From assembly GCA_038063735.1 (NCBI GenBank), contig JBBTUN010000004.1:190921-254920 (forward strand): DNA of 64,000 nt, in the 5' to 3' direction. The DNA comes from Patescibacteria group bacterium. GTDB lineage: Bacteria > Patescibacteriota > Microgenomatia > Curtissbacterales > GWA2-41-24. Below the pieces are notes generated by a model. It made no database searches and was not told the DNA's origin. It worked only from the letters and a program-made list of their open reading frames with translations. Shown one piece after another: positions 40,473 through 50,298 of the stretch. The stretch's first letter is position 1, and the number at the start of each line of letters is the position of its first letter. Both the position numbers and the translations under genes were made by a program.

Positions 40473-41675
40473 ATGTGGCAAAAGATTAAAAACATTTACC
40501 ACTACTTGCAGGCGCTCATTTCTGCAATTTATTTTGGTTTTCCCTCAAAAAAATTAACCGTAATTGCCGTAACAGGCACAGACGGCAAAACGACAACCGT
40601 CAACATGATCCACCATATATTCACCGCTGCAGGTAAAAAAGTCTCGATGGTTTCTTCGATTGGTGCCCAAATCGGTGCAAAATCACAGGACACTGGTTAT
40701 CACGTATCTACCCCAAACCCTTGGCAGATTCAGGGTTTATTAAAGAAAGCGACAGACGAAAAATCAGATTATTTTGTGCTCGAAGCCACTTCTCATGGCC
40801 TTGACCAAAACAGACTGGCTTTTATCAAGATTCACACGGCTGTTATAACCAATATCTCCAGCGAGCATCTGGACTATCATAAGAACATCGAAAATTATTC
40901 TCTTGCCAAACTAAAACTGTTTAAAAATTGTCAAACTTCTATACTTAACAGAGACGACACCTATTTTGATGTTTTTAAAAAAGCAGCTCGGGGTAAAATA
41001 ATCACGTATTCGCAAATGCACTCGGCCGACATAAGCCCAAAAAATTTCCCGATCAATCTACAGGTAATAGGCACATACAACCTTGCAAATGCTCTTGCAG
41101 CATCAGCGGTAGCACAAACACTGGACATAAAAAAATCAGTCATCCTAAAATCACTTACCACCTTTAGCGGCATAAAGGGCAGAATGGAAAGCGTAGATTT
41201 GGGCCAAAACTTCACTGCGATTATCGATTTTGCCCATACTCCAAACGCACTCAAAGAAGCCCTTACTTCGCTCAAAAAACAATATCCCAAATCAAAAATA
41301 ACAGCCATGTTTGGGGCAGCTGGCCAAAGAGACAAATCAAAAAGACATACAATGGGTGCTCTCGCTGCAAAACTCGCAGATTTTACAGTTATAACCTCGG
41401 AAGATCCAAGAAGAGAAGATCCTGGAGAAATAGCCTTAGAAATAGCCTCAGGTTTTAGCGAATTTTCCAAAAAAGAAGAGAAAGACTACAAAATCATTTT
41501 AGACCGCAAAGAAGCAATCCACTGTGCGATCGAATCTGTAAAAGACAATGATGTGGTAGTGTTTTTTGGTAAAGGACACGAAAAAAGTATCTGTGTCGGC
41601 AAAACAGAAATTCCCTGGGACGAGTACAAAGAAGTAGAAAAAGCAATTAAAAGGAAGCTAAAAAATGGAAAATAA
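40473..41675 (+). CDS. murE: UDP-MurNAc-tripeptide ligase MurE
   Basis: VTGTDGKTTT, EATSHGLDQNR, EHLDYH, GRME, DFAHTP, GQRD.SKR, EDPR, GKGHE. Confidence 0.93.
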   Translation: MWQKIKNIYHYLQALISAIYFGFPSKKLTVIAVTGTDGKTTTVNMIHHIFTAAGKKVSMVSSIGAQIGAKSQDTGYHVSTPNPWQIQGLLKKATDEKSDYFVLEATSHGLDQNRLAFIKIHTAVITNISSEHLDYHKNIENYSLAKLKLFKNCQTSILNRDDTYFDVFKKAARGKIITYSQMHSADISPKNFPINLQVIGTYNLANALAASAVAQTLDIKKSVILKSLTTFSGIKGRMESVDLGQNFTAIIDFAHTPNALKEALTSLKKQYPKSKITAMFGAAGQRDKSKRHTMGALAAKLADFTVITSEDPRREDPGEIALEIASGFSEFSKKEEKDYKIILDRKEAIHCAIESVKDNDVVVFFGKGHEKSICVGKTEIPWDEYKEVEKAIKRKLKNGK

Positions 41676-43659
41676 TAATTTTGCTGCAATAATTCTCGCC
41701 GGCGGTGTCGGCAGGCGAATGAAATCCGCTCGGTCAAAAGTCCTACACCCGATTGGCGATAAACCCATGATTCAAAAAACAGTAGAGGTGGTCAAAAAAG
41801 CAAATCCAGCACAAATTATAGTTGTTGCAAATAAGCACAATTACAAAGAGCTCAAAGCGATTCTAAAAGGTGTTTCTATCGTAGTCCAAGAAAAGCCGCA
41901 AGGAACTGCAGATGCAGCTTTAATTGGCCTGGGTAGCCTTAATGTGAAAACGCACAGCACAGCCATTTTATACGGGGATGATACTGCCTTTTACAAACCC
42001 CAAACCATACTGGCAGTCTTTAAAGCGCATCGCGAGTCGGCATCGTCAATAACATTTGTTACCGTAAAAAAAACTACACCCTACGGTTTAGGCAGAATAG
42101 TAAGAAAAAACGGGGCTCTGGTCGCAATTGTGGAAGAAAAGGACGCATCAGAAAGCCAAAAAAAGATTACGGAGGTAAACGACGGGTTATATTTTTTCAA
42201 TACAAGATTTTTAGAAAAAAATATCCGTCTCCTTGCGCCATCAAGTGCAACAGGCGAGCTATATATCACAGACCTTATCGAGCTTGGACTTAATAAGAAA
42301 GAAAAAGTAGAAACTTTCTTACTCCAAGACGAAGACCAGTGGCATGGAATTAATACCCAAACAGAACTAATAAGAGCAAACCTGAGACTCAACAAACACA
42401 TTCATTTTATGGGTATCTCTGGAGCCGGAGCTGCAGCTTGCGCGGGTATTGCCTCCCAGCTTGGGAATGAAGTGACAGGTTGCGACGTAGAACCAAATTC
42501 ACCCTACATTAATAGAAAAAAAATAAAAGTACTCAAAAATCATGACCAGTCTCACGACAAAGGAATTTCGTGCCTAATTTTATCGCCGGCTGTAGAAAAA
42601 CTGGATTTTGCAAATCCGGAAATCATCGCCGCAAAAAAAGCGGGTATACCCGTTATTAGTTGGCAGCAATTTATGGGAGAAATACTTCAAGAAAACAAAT
42701 TCGTTGTGGCAGTTGCCGGTGGTTATGGAAAGTCTACAACCACAGCGATGATATCCAAAATCCTAATAGATGCAAAACTCGACCCAACATGCCAATTGGG
42801 TGCAAAAGTCCTGGATTGGAACTCAAACTTTATTGTAGGTAAATCTAAATACTTTATCTGTGAAGCAGACGAATACAATGATAATTTTTTAAATTATCAC
42901 CCCTACATCGCAATTGTACTCAATTTAGCCTGGGATCATCCTGACTACTTTAAGACAAAAAACGCACTTTACAACTCGTATGCAAATTTTGTAAATAATA
43001 CGCGCGAAAATGGCCTTTTGATAATAAATCCAAAAAGCTACCAAAAACTGAAAGACAAAATACGAAAAGATATAAAGATTCGCTTCATTGAAGAATTTAA
43101 CATTAGAAACCTAAAAATAATTGGAAACTTTAGAAAAGAAAACGCAAATGCCGCGCTAAGCGTAGCAAAAGCGCTAAATTTGGGCTTAAAAGGCGCCATA
43201 AAGTCAGTCCAGACATTTAACGGTCTTGGTAGAAGATTAGAATTTAAAGGCAAAATCGCAAACACCACGTTTTACGACGATTACGCTGTCCAACCTTATA
43301 CAATCCTAAAAACCGCTAATGCGATTAAAGAAAAATTTAGCAAAAACAGAACATTGTTAGTGTTGGAACCACATACCTATAGTAGAGTAAATAAATACCT
43401 CAAAGAATTTATTCGGGCATTAAGGAACACAAAAGTTGATCGAGTACTAATAACCAACACTTTTGCGGCCAGAGAAAAAGGGGATTCTATCAAGACATCA
43501 AAAAATCTGGTGAAACTTGTTGGTAATAAAGCCACATATACGGGTACAATTCAAAATACAGCTGCCATTATCGGCAGACAACTAAAAGACTATGATTTAG
43601 TTTGTTCCATGGGCGCAGGCGACATCTATAAAATATACGATCTTGTTAAAAATGGATAA
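41665..43659 (+). CDS. murC: Fusion of GlmU-type uridyltransferase domain and MurC ligase
   Basis: aa 1-240: LAGG.GRRMKS..SKVLH, Q..PQGT, YGD, GRIVR, IVEEKDA, GELYITD, GIN. aa 245-664: HFMGI.G.G, GKSTTT, EADEY, DHPDY, G.GRRLE, PHTYSR, MGAGDI. Confidence 0.9.
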   Translation: MENNNFAAIILAGGVGRRMKSARSKVLHPIGDKPMIQKTVEVVKKANPAQIIVVANKHNYKELKAILKGVSIVVQEKPQGTADAALIGLGSLNVKTHSTAILYGDDTAFYKPQTILAVFKAHRESASSITFVTVKKTTPYGLGRIVRKNGALVAIVEEKDASESQKKITEVNDGLYFFNTRFLEKNIRLLAPSSATGELYITDLIELGLNKKEKVETFLLQDEDQWHGINTQTELIRANLRLNKHIHFMGISGAGAAACAGIASQLGNEVTGCDVEPNSPYINRKKIKVLKNHDQSHDKGISCLILSPAVEKLDFANPEIIAAKKAGIPVISWQQFMGEILQENKFVVAVAGGYGKSTTTAMISKILIDAKLDPTCQLGAKVLDWNSNFIVGKSKYFICEADEYNDNFLNYHPYIAIVLNLAWDHPDYFKTKNALYNSYANFVNNTRENGLLIINPKSYQKLKDKIRKDIKIRFIEEFNIRNLKIIGNFRKENANAALSVAKALNLGLKGAIKSVQTFNGLGRRLEFKGKIANTTFYDDYAVQPYTILKTANAIKEKFSKNRTLLVLEPHTYSRVNKYLKEFIRALRNTKVDRVLITNTFAAREKGDSIKTSKNLVKLVGNKATYTGTIQNTAAIIGRQLKDYDLVCSMGAGDIYKIYDLVKNG

Positions 43660-44647
43660 ATACGAAAAGTTCAAAGAAATACTTGGTCCACTGCGGGTCT
43701 ACGAAAACGAATTGTTGTCAAAACACACTTATTTTAAAATTGGCGGCCCGGCCAAATTATTTTTTGAAGCAAAAAACATCGATGACCTTCTTCTTGCTCT
43801 TCGTACTGCAACAGATCACAAAATACCGTTTATTGTACTTGGAGCAGGGGCGAATGTGTTAGTGTCCGACGATGGGTTTGGAGGCCTGGTTATAAGAAAC
43901 AGAACAGATGGCGTGAAACTTGTTGGTATCAAGGGCTCACTAGGTAAAGGTGGAACCGGTATAAATAAAGCACTTATCTGGGCAGCATCTGGCACTCTCA
44001 TGAATAGAATTGCACGCTTCACCATCGACCAGGGGTTAGAAGGTTTAGAATTTTTACTGTCCGTTCCGGGTACCGTTGGCGGCGGTATAAAAATTAATTC
44101 CCACTACGAAGTAGAAAAAGGGGAGTTTATCGGCAACGCACTTGTAAGTGCAACTCTTTTTGACCCGAAAAGTGCCCAGGTTAAAAAAGTTGACAACGAC
44201 TACTTCAAATTTGCTTACGACTACTCCAGAATTCAGGAAACAGAAGAAATAGTAGTTGATGCCACTTTTGGTGTCCAGTCGTCAAAGGACAAAGATAATC
44301 TTTGGCAAAAGGCAACAAACGACGTAAAAAGAAGGAACGAAGAACAACCTGTTGGTGTGGCTTGCTCAGGATGCATATTCCAAAACATTTCACCCCAAGA
44401 TGCCCAAAGGCTGGATACTCCAAATTACACAACTTCAACAGGCCACATAATCGAAAGACTTGGTCTAAAAGGAAAAAGAATCGGTGGTGCAGAAATATCG
44501 ACGCGTCATGCTAATTATATCCTTAATACCAAAGAAGCTTCGGCAAAGAATGTCTACGATCTGATAAACTTAATTAAAGATAAAGCTAAAAGCGATTTGG
44601 GGCTCGAACTTAAAGAAGAAATATTCTTAATAGGTAACTTTAACTAA
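43652..44647 (+). CDS. murB: UDP-N-acetylenolpyruvoylglucosamine reductase
   Basis: HTYFKIGGPA, LG.GANVL.SD.G, PGTVGG, F.Y..S, HANYI.N, L.EEI. Confidence 0.93.
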   Translation: MDKYEKFKEILGPLRVYENELLSKHTYFKIGGPAKLFFEAKNIDDLLLALRTATDHKIPFIVLGAGANVLVSDDGFGGLVIRNRTDGVKLVGIKGSLGKGGTGINKALIWAASGTLMNRIARFTIDQGLEGLEFLLSVPGTVGGGIKINSHYEVEKGEFIGNALVSATLFDPKSAQVKKVDNDYFKFAYDYSRIQETEEIVVDATFGVQSSKDKDNLWQKATNDVKRRNEEQPVGVACSGCIFQNISPQDAQRLDTPNYTTSTGHIIERLGLKGKRIGGAEISTRHANYILNTKEASAKNVYDLINLIKDKAKSDLGLELKEEIFLIGNFN

Positions 44648-44649
44648 TA

Positions 44650-45906
44650 ATGGCTAAATTCATTGTCAAAGGTCACGCAAAATTGTCCGGCAAAATAGAA
44701 ATTGCCGGTAATAAGAATTCTGTCCTGCCAATCATGGCAGCAGCCCTGCTAACAGACCAAATTAGTGTTCTTGAAAATGTGCCCAATATTTCCGATGTAG
44801 CCGTAATGGCAGACTTGCTGGCCCAGTGCGGTGTAGAAATAATAAATCTTGGTAACTCAAAAATTAGCATTAACCCATCCAAATTAAAAAAATCCGATTT
44901 GCCAAGGGAACTTGCAGAAAAGTTGCGCGCCTCTGTTGTTTTAATTGCGCCCATGGTTGCAAAACTCGGTCACATTAAAATGGGTTATCCCGGCGGAGAT
45001 ATTATTGGTAGACGTCCATTGGATACACACTTTCAGGCGCTTGAGGCATTAGGTGCCAAAATAAAGAAAGAAGAAGACTATTTTGAGGTAACGGCAAGCG
45101 CCTTAAGAGGTGCGGAAATATTTTTAGAAGAAGCGTCCGTTACTGCTACAGAAAACGCTATTATTGCAGCTTCAGTGGCCGACGGGGAAACTGTTATCAA
45201 AAGAGCCGCATCGGAGCCGCATATTGTTGACCTCTGCGAATTTTTAATTAAAATGGGTGCAAAAATCGAAGGAGTTGGTAGCAACGTCTTAAAAATAACT
45301 GGAGTTAAGACTTTTTATGCCACAACGCATTTTATTAGACCGGACCACATAGAAGCAGGAACTTTTGCAATCCTTGCAGCAGTCACTAAAAGCAAATTAG
45401 AAATGAGTCCGGTTATTGGGGAAGACTTGGAAATGATTCTTTTAACACTCAAGAAATTTGGTGTCGATTGCAAAATGGACAAGAACACTCTTACCGTTTC
45501 CGCAACTAAGCTCAGAGCTGTAGAAAAAGTAGTAACAGATGTCTGGCCCGGTTTTCCAACAGACCTAATGGCCCCCATGATAGTTCTTGCAACACAGGCG
45601 GAAGGTGTTACTATTCTTCACGATTGGATGTACGAGTCCCGCATGTTTTTCGTGGACAAGCTGCTTTCTATGGGCGCAAAAGTTGTAATTGCTGACCCAC
45701 ATAGAGTTTTTGTTTACGGCCCAAGTAGTCTCCATGGACAAAGACTGGACACTCCGGATATCAGGGCAGGCATTGCATTGGTAATTGCAGCGCTTGCCGC
45801 CGATGGCAAAAGCGAAATAGACAAAGCAGAGCTAATAGAACGCGGTTACGAAAATATAGTCGAGAGGCTGTCTACACTTGGCGCAAAGATTCAAAGAGTG
45901 AACTAA
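44650..45906 (+). CDS. murA: UDP-GlcNAc 1-carboxyvinyltransferase (Asp-type active site)
   Basis: GNKNS.LP, LRAS, PGGD.IGRR, SVTATEN, EPHI.DL, PGFPTD, DIRAG, RGYE. Confidence 0.95.
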   Translation: MAKFIVKGHAKLSGKIEIAGNKNSVLPIMAAALLTDQISVLENVPNISDVAVMADLLAQCGVEIINLGNSKISINPSKLKKSDLPRELAEKLRASVVLIAPMVAKLGHIKMGYPGGDIIGRRPLDTHFQALEALGAKIKKEEDYFEVTASALRGAEIFLEEASVTATENAIIAASVADGETVIKRAASEPHIVDLCEFLIKMGAKIEGVGSNVLKITGVKTFYATTHFIRPDHIEAGTFAILAAVTKSKLEMSPVIGEDLEMILLTLKKFGVDCKMDKNTLTVSATKLRAVEKVVTDVWPGFPTDLMAPMIVLATQAEGVTILHDWMYESRMFFVDKLLSMGAKVVIADPHRVFVYGPSSLHGQRLDTPDIRAGIALVIAALAADGKSEIDKAELIERGYENIVERLSTLGAKIQRVN

Positions 45907-45916
45907 AGCATAACAA

Positions 45917-46864
45917 GTGAACAAGTTAAACGTAGCAGTACTTTTTGGCGGGCAATCGCAGGAGCGCGCCATATCCGTTATCTCAGGCACAGAAGTTGTA
46001 AAAAACCTAAATAAAAAAAAATACAATGTTTTCCCGGTCAAAATTGAAAAAGATGGCATAATTTGGAAATACAAAAATAAAAGAACCTCAGATTACTACG
46101 CCCTACTCCACGGTCTCAAAATAGATATTGTGTTTATCGCCATGCATGGCCCATTTGGTGAGGATGGTACCATTCAGGGTTTACTTGAGTTAATAGGGCT
46201 AAAGTACACAGGTTCAGGCATTCTAGCCTCATCTCTTGCAATAAACAAAATATACTCGAAACAATTATTTACTCAAGTAAGATTGACCGTGCCAAAGGGT
46301 TTTCATCTCACAAAAGGCCAACCAATACCAAAAAAATTGGAGTACCCCTTATTCGTAAAACCTTTTAATCAAGGGTCATCGATTGGAACTTCAAAAGTAA
46401 CTAACTCAAAAGGCCTAGAAAAAGCATTTAAAAATGCGTTTTCTTATTCGGATAAAATATTGGTCGAAGAATTCATAGCAGGAGTCGAAGTAACCTGCGC
46501 AATACTAGGCAATAATAGTCCAATGGTCCTGCCCTTAGTTGAAATAGTGCCCAGATACGAATATTTTGATTTTAAATCAAAATACGACCCAAAAAGAGTT
46601 CAAGAAATATGCCCGGCAAGAATAAATGATAAATTAACAAAAAAAGTTCAACAAGCAGCCGTTGCTGCTTATAAAGTTTTAGGATGCAGAAGCTTAGGAA
46701 GAGTAGATATGATTATTAAAAACAACCAAGTATTTGTTCTAGAGATGCAAACAATTCCAGGATTAACGCCGCTCTCTTTACTCCCTAAAGCGGCACTTGC
46801 TGCCGGCATCGATTATCCTAAGTTGTTAGATAAGATAATTGAATATTCATTCAATGATAAATAA
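45917..46864 (+). CDS. ddl: D-Ala-D-Ala ligase
   Basis: GG.S.ER.IS, HGPFGEDG.IQG, VKP...GSS.G, EEFI.G.E, KY omega loop, RVD, PG.T..SL.P. Confidence 0.93.
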   Translation: MNKLNVAVLFGGQSQERAISVISGTEVVKNLNKKKYNVFPVKIEKDGIIWKYKNKRTSDYYALLHGLKIDIVFIAMHGPFGEDGTIQGLLELIGLKYTGSGILASSLAINKIYSKQLFTQVRLTVPKGFHLTKGQPIPKKLEYPLFVKPFNQGSSIGTSKVTNSKGLEKAFKNAFSYSDKILVEEFIAGVEVTCAILGNNSPMVLPLVEIVPRYEYFDFKSKYDPKRVQEICPARINDKLTKKVQQAAVAAYKVLGCRSLGRVDMIIKNNQVFVLEMQTIPGLTPLSLLPKAALAAGIDYPKLLDKIIEYSFNDK

Positions 46865-47981
46865 TATTAAAAAATTACTTGGAAAAAGTTATTATCCCTA
46901 GAACGAAATCGAAATAAGCCAGGGAGCGCTCAAGCGTAATTATAATTTTTTATCCCAAATGGCTGCTCCCCTAAAGGTTGCCCCTGTTGTTAAAAGTAAT
47001 GCATACGGGCATGGTATCGAGCTTGTAGGCAGTGTACTGGACTCATGTAATCCACCGTTTTTTTGCGTTGACAGCCTGTTTGAGGCCTATCAACTAAAAA
47101 ATTCCGGGATAAACTCCGAAATCCTGGTAATGGGGTTTGTCGATGCCAGAAACATACAAGTAAAAAAACTGCCTTTTGCCTATACCGTTTTTGATCTCGA
47201 TTTTGCAAAAGCGCTTAACAGATACCAACCGGGTGCAAAAGTTCATATAAAGGTTGACACAGGTATGAACAGATTAGGTGTCTCAACAAAAAATTTGCCA
47301 AATTTCCTGGATGAGATTAGGAAATTAAAAAAAGTTAAAGTTGTGGGTTTAATGTCGCACCTTGCCTCCGCAAATAGCTCAAAAGCTCAAACAAACTCAC
47401 AAATGCAATCCTTTAAAGACGCAAGAAAAATCGTCCACCAAAAGTCGCTCGACCCTAAATGGTTTCATGTTGCAGCGTCTGACGGGCTTTTTAATATAAA
47501 TAAGAAGGTTCTTGGCACCGTATCAAATTTAACTCGGGTTGGAATAGCTTTATACGGCGCCGATGAATATGGAAAAACTACCCCGGTATTAAAGTTAACT
47601 TCTAAAATAGTCCAAATAAAAGACATCCAAAAAGGCGGGAAGGTTGGATATGACGGAACCTACCGTGCGCCGTCTCCTTTAAAGATTGCTCTGTTACCAA
47701 TTGGTTATAACGATGGACTCGATAGACGCTTGTCGCAAATAGGAGTCCTGTCCTACAAAAACAATAAATGTAAGATATTGGGCAGGATAAGCATGAATAT
47801 AACTGCTGTTGACATATCAGACATTAAACGGTCAAAAATTGGAGACGAGATTACTGTAATTTCTAACAAACCTGGAAATTTTAACAGTGTGAATAAACTT
47901 GCTCGAATCTGTTCAACGATCCCGCATGACCTGCTTGTACGCTTACACGCAAAATCAATTCGCAGAACATTAGCCCCATAG
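46854..47981 (+). pseudogene. alr: Alanine racemase interrupted by an in-frame TAG at codon 16
   Basis: ATG 46854 MINNIKKLLGKSYYP*NEIEISQGALKRN... is in frame with VVKSNAYGHG, HIKVDTGMNRLG, SHLASA, VGY, GRISM; TAG at 46899-46901. Confidence 0.85.
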
Positions 47982-48061
47982 TTTGATTAGTTAGCCTTTT
48001 TGGCTTATAATTTAGCATAAATTACATGAACGAAGTGAATTTAATCAAGCTTTAAACAACC

Positions 48062-49261
48062 ATGAACTTGCAGCTTTACGGTGAGGTAAAGAGTTGGAAG
48101 AAGCCCATACATAAATCCAAAATGGCACTCGCCCGTGCCTATTTAAAACTATTATCAAATGTTGAAATAATAGGTATTGCCGGCAGTGTCGGCAAGACCT
48201 TAACCCAGAATGCAGTTCATTCAGTTCTATCCCAAAAATTTCCTACAGTAGTCGGAGAAGAGAATCTCGACCCCACTTTTAGAATTCCCCAGACAATCCT
48301 AAAAACCAAACCATGGCACAAATACATGATTCTGGAGTACGGCATAGAACACCCCGGAGAAATGGATTACTACACACAACTTGTGACTCCAAAATACGCC
48401 TTACTCACCATAATCTCGCCGGAACACACCAGGTATTTTGAAAATATCCAGGGTGTTTTAAATGAAGAGTCCAAAATTATAATAAATCTACCAAAAAGCG
48501 CTTATGCACTACTCAATGCGGACGACCCCTATGCGCACCAAATATCAAAGTTGTCCAAGGCAACAGTAGTCTGGTTTGGCCAAAGAGCCAAAAGGGGAGT
48601 CAAAATTTCTCATTATAAACAAAATCTGCACGGCGCATCCTTTAGAATGCATTATGGTGGAGAGGTAGCGGTTGTCAAATGGAAGGTAATCGGACATCAT
48701 CAGCTTACATCAGCATACGCCGCAGCAACACTAGGTATTTTATCCGGTCTAACTCTAAAGCAAATTGCCAAAGGATTATCAGGGGTAAAATCGCCCGAAC
48801 ACAGGTTAAATTTAAAAATTACCGAGCACGTCAACATTCTGGACGATACCTACAACTCCTCTCCAAAAGCCGCTCTGGAATCAATTAAAACTCTCGTCGA
48901 AGTTGGCAAAGGTAAAAAGAAGGTGGCGGTTTTAGGCGAGATGAGGGATTTGGGAGGCTTGTCAGAATCGGCGCACACAGAACTGGGCGAACAAATTGCC
49001 AAAACTAGAATAAATTATTTGTTAACCGTAGGCAAAATCGCCGGCCTCATATCAATCTCCGCCAAAAAAGCGGGTTTCAAGGGTAAAATTTTAAATGTAA
49101 AAAACACCAAAGAAACACTTGTTAACCTAAAAAGCTACATTTCTCCCAAAGCAGTTTTTTTAATAAAAGGTTCCAGGCACGAGCACCTTGAAAGAATCGT
49201 TTTGGGCCTAACACACAAGTCAACAGCCATTGAATGTTATCACTGCGGAAAGCTAAAATGA
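48062..49261 (+). CDS. murF: UDP-MurNAc-pentapeptide ligase MurF (N-terminal domain absent)
   Basis: GSVGKT, LEYG...PGEM, DDTYNSSP, VLGEM.DLG, KGSR. Confidence 0.9.
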   Translation: MNLQLYGEVKSWKKPIHKSKMALARAYLKLLSNVEIIGIAGSVGKTLTQNAVHSVLSQKFPTVVGEENLDPTFRIPQTILKTKPWHKYMILEYGIEHPGEMDYYTQLVTPKYALLTIISPEHTRYFENIQGVLNEESKIIINLPKSAYALLNADDPYAHQISKLSKATVVWFGQRAKRGVKISHYKQNLHGASFRMHYGGEVAVVKWKVIGHHQLTSAYAAATLGILSGLTLKQIAKGLSGVKSPEHRLNLKITEHVNILDDTYNSSPKAALESIKTLVEVGKGKKKVAVLGEMRDLGGLSESAHTELGEQIAKTRINYLLTVGKIAGLISISAKKAGFKGKILNVKNTKETLVNLKSYISPKAVFLIKGSRHEHLERIVLGLTHKSTAIECYHCGKLK

Positions 49262-49265
49262 AGGT

Positions 49266-50297
49266 ATGGTTCAAACACTTGGTTTAGTCCTTCTGTCCTT
49301 TGTAATTATAAGCGTTCTACTTGTACCTTTCATCAACCTTCTTTACAAAATTAGATTCCAAAGGCAATACCAAAAAACAAGAGACATGTTCGAGGTAAGG
49401 ACACCCATCTTTGATAAATATCACGCGCACAAAGCAGGAACACCGGTAGGTGGCGGTGCACTGATAATTTTTGTTGTCACACTACTGTATATTTTTGTGA
49501 CCGGCCTTATGCCGTATTTTGGCATAGAAAGAACATCGGTTTATCCATTCGACAAAGAAGTACAAATCCTGCTCTACACGTTTCTTTCTTTTGGCGCCCT
49601 AGGGCTTTACGACGACGTTCGTAAAACTTTTGGCTTCAAAAGAACAAGTTTTTGGGGGTTAAGGTTTAGATATAAATTTGTCGCGCAGTGGATCCTGGCG
49701 CTTGTTATATCGCTCGCCCTGTATTATTCGCTGGGAATAAGCATACTAAACGTAAGATATTTCGGCGTAATTGATCTCGGAATATTTTATATACCTTTTG
49801 CAGCCTTTGTAATTGTTGCCTTCACAAACGCGGTAAATATTTCAGATGGCCTGGACGGTCTTGCCTCCGGACTTCTGCTGATATGCATATCGGCATTTTT
49901 GATAATCTCTGCAGCCATTTTGGATACCACATTATCGGTTTTCTTAAGTCTTTGGATAGGAGCATTAATTGCCTTTTTATACTTTAATGTTTGGCCGGCG
50001 CGAATAATTCTTGGCGACGTTGGCGCACTTTCTTTTGGGGCCACACTGGCTGTTGCTGGCTTGCTTCTTGGAAAACCGATTGCCCTGGGTTTTATTGGCG
50101 GAATGTTCGTTGTAGAAGTCGCCTCTTCACTTATTCAATTACTGTCAAAAAAACTAAGAGGCAAAAAAGTTTTTGAAGTAGCCCCGCTTCACTTATGGGT
50201 TCAAAACAAAGGTTGGCAGGAACCCAAAATTGTCTTTCGGTTTTGGCTGGCCCAATTAATGCTTGCAATACTTGGGCTCTGGTTGTCATTTTTTTAA
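49266..50297 (+). CDS. mraY: Phospho-MurNAc-pentapeptide transferase
   Basis: KAGTP..GG, G..DD, NAVNISDGLDGL, FN..PA...GD.G, APLH, E.KIV.RF. Confidence 0.95.
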   Translation: MVQTLGLVLLSFVIISVLLVPFINLLYKIRFQRQYQKTRDMFEVRTPIFDKYHAHKAGTPVGGGALIIFVVTLLYIFVTGLMPYFGIERTSVYPFDKEVQILLYTFLSFGALGLYDDVRKTFGFKRTSFWGLRFRYKFVAQWILALVISLALYYSLGISILNVRYFGVIDLGIFYIPFAAFVIVAFTNAVNISDGLDGLASGLLLICISAFLIISAAILDTTLSVFLSLWIGALIAFLYFNVWPARIILGDVGALSFGATLAVAGLLLGKPIALGFIGGMFVVEVASSLIQLLSKKLRGKKVFEVAPLHLWVQNKGWQEPKIVFRFWLAQLMLAILGLWLSFF

Positions 50298-50298
50298 T

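Noticed and set aside
40961-41470. Long antisense ORFs inside conserved genes (also 56776-57519 and others)
   Set aside because: Shadow frames of well-supported genes with no recognisable motifs.
46899-46901. Genome-wide stop-codon reassignment
   Set aside because: TAG and TGA both end many conserved genes at expected lengths; only one internal stop was seen.
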